From: a virus
Lineage: Duplodnaviria; Heunggongvirae; Uroviricota; Caudoviricetes
IMG/VR virus record: IMGVR_UViG_3300048590_001376
Reading direction: 5' to 3' (one strand)
Length of the DNA: 64,000 bases
The notes under the pieces are model-generated. The model was given only the letters and a program-made list of their open reading frames with translations, was not told the origin of the DNA and searched no databases. This document shows, piece after piece, positions 63,190 through 64,000 of this stretch. The position numbers and the translations under genes were made by a program. Position 1 is the stretch's first letter, and the number at the start of each line of letters is the position of its first letter.

Positions 63190-64000
63190 TTACATTTTCC
63201 TTCCATCTAAACGCGGGTCGCGGGCGGCATCCAGGTACTTCTGATATTCGCCGGTCAGTAGTTTGTCGCCACCCGACAGACAAACGGTGATGACGCGGCG
63301 AGGGTCGTTCGACTTCTCGCGATCGACCACGTAGTCGATCGCCGGCTCGATCCATTCGTGCTTGCCGAGCGGCTTGCCATCTTCATCGGTCGCGGCAATC
63401 TCGCGTTCAAGGATGCGACGCAGCACCGTCTTGTCCGGTCGCGGGCAATAAATCTTGTGCGAGAATCGCGACGCCAAGGCCCCGTCCATGACCGACTCGA
63501 ACAGCGCGATGTCGTTGACCGTGGCCAGCGTCAGGACATGTACCTTGCGTTGCAGCGTGCCAACCCGGTAATTGGTCTTGCGAATCTCGGCTCGATGGTC
63601 GAGCAAGCCAAGCAACCAGCGAAGCGATGCTTCATCGGTTTTCTCAATCTCTTCGCAGATCATCACAGGCGGCACTTCGGCGGCTTCGAGCAGAATCTTC
63701 TCAGCGCCGGCCTTGGTGGTCGACGTGCAGTCGAATCGCAACACGGACTCTTCGCCCACCATGTCGGCGACACAGTTTAAAATTTGTGTTTTTCCGCAGG
63801 CGGGCGGCCCGTACAGAACCGCATGGAAGCGGTTCTGGAAGTTGGACTTCACCGCGGCATCGACCGCCGACAGGACCAGGGCGATTTGCGGGTCGCGGGC
63901 GTAGATGTTCTCGAAAAACTTCGAGCGATCAGGGTCCATGCGAACCTTGGCGTAAGCCCGACGCGGGCTGATCGAGTCAATCAGAGGCGTTTCGCTGTGA
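63190..64000 (-). CDS. AAA+ ATPase, probably N-terminally incomplete in this window.
   Basis: Walker A LYGPPACGKTQ and Walker B-like VMICEEIE. The reading frame stays open upstream of the ATG at 63939 to the window end. Confidence 0.45.
   Translation of the reverse strand, partial: HSETPLIDSISPRRAYAKVRMDPDRSKFFENIYARDPQIALVLSAVDAAVKSNFQNRFHAVLYGPPACGKTQILNCVADMVGEESVLRFDCTSTTKAGAEKILLEAAEVPPVMICEEIEKTDEASLRWLLGLLDHRAEIRKTNYRVGTLQRKVHVLTLATVNDIALFESVMDGALASRFSHKIYCPRPDKTVLRRILEREIAATDEDGKPLGKHEWIEPAIDYVVDREKSNDPRRVITVCLSGGDKLLTGEYQKYLDAARDPRLDGRKM

Noticed and set aside
1-64000. Search for CRISPR arrays, tRNA/rRNA genes, integrase and att sites
   Set aside because: No direct-repeat/spacer arrays were found; the only tandem repeats are the coding AKPAAK / KKAAP repeats. 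No cloverleaf-like tRNA candidates were seen in the few intergenic regions. No tyrosine or serine recombinase motifs were seen. The window may simply be interior to a longer phage or prophage.

Overview
High-GC 64-kb window, almost entirely coding on the minus strand, with one convincing plus-strand gene. Genes are tightly packed, with many ATGA/TGATG start-stop overlaps. It reads as the interior of a tailed-phage or prophage genome. It is siphovirus-like: there is a tape measure protein and no sheath. No integrase, att site, tRNA, rRNA or CRISPR array was seen. Transcription runs from high to low coordinates. The late (structural) block occupies about 1-32.7 kb. In transcription order it contains an alpha-CTD-like DNA-binding protein (possible small terminase), an SPFH protein, the large terminase, a block of about 9 small ORFs, the portal, an HExxH protein, a Lys-rich H1-like protein, an SPP1 gp7-like head morphogenesis protein, a prohead protease fused to a scaffold-like region, the major capsid protein followed by a terminator, a cluster of about 9 exported proteins/peptidases/lipoproteins, a fibre-like protein, neck/connector proteins, major tail, chaperones, tape measure, distal tail proteins, Cys-rich proteins, and a partial gene with a GT9-like region running off the window start. 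The early/accessory block at about 32.7-64 kb carries: a AAA ATPase with an XRE HTH; MazG; a divergent ThyX-like protein with a coupled HNH-AP2 endonuclease; a MazZ-like dNTP pyrophosphohydrolase domain; a divergent promoter/operator region around the only plus-strand gene; a SET-domain methyltransferase; a ParB-like (IbrB-like) protein, an HNH endonuclease and a PAPS-reductase-like (IbrA-like) protein; a second H1-like protein; an SNF2 helicase; an N6-adenine methyltransferase; an ankyrin protein; four HNH endonucleases in total; a DUF6011-like protein; and a partial AAA+ ATPase at the window end. A conserved start-associated motif (TTTCC-N-AAAACCCTAG-SD-N7-8-ATG) precedes at least 7 early genes. 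Product calls rest on motifs I recognise by eye and should be confirmed with HHpred or BLAST.
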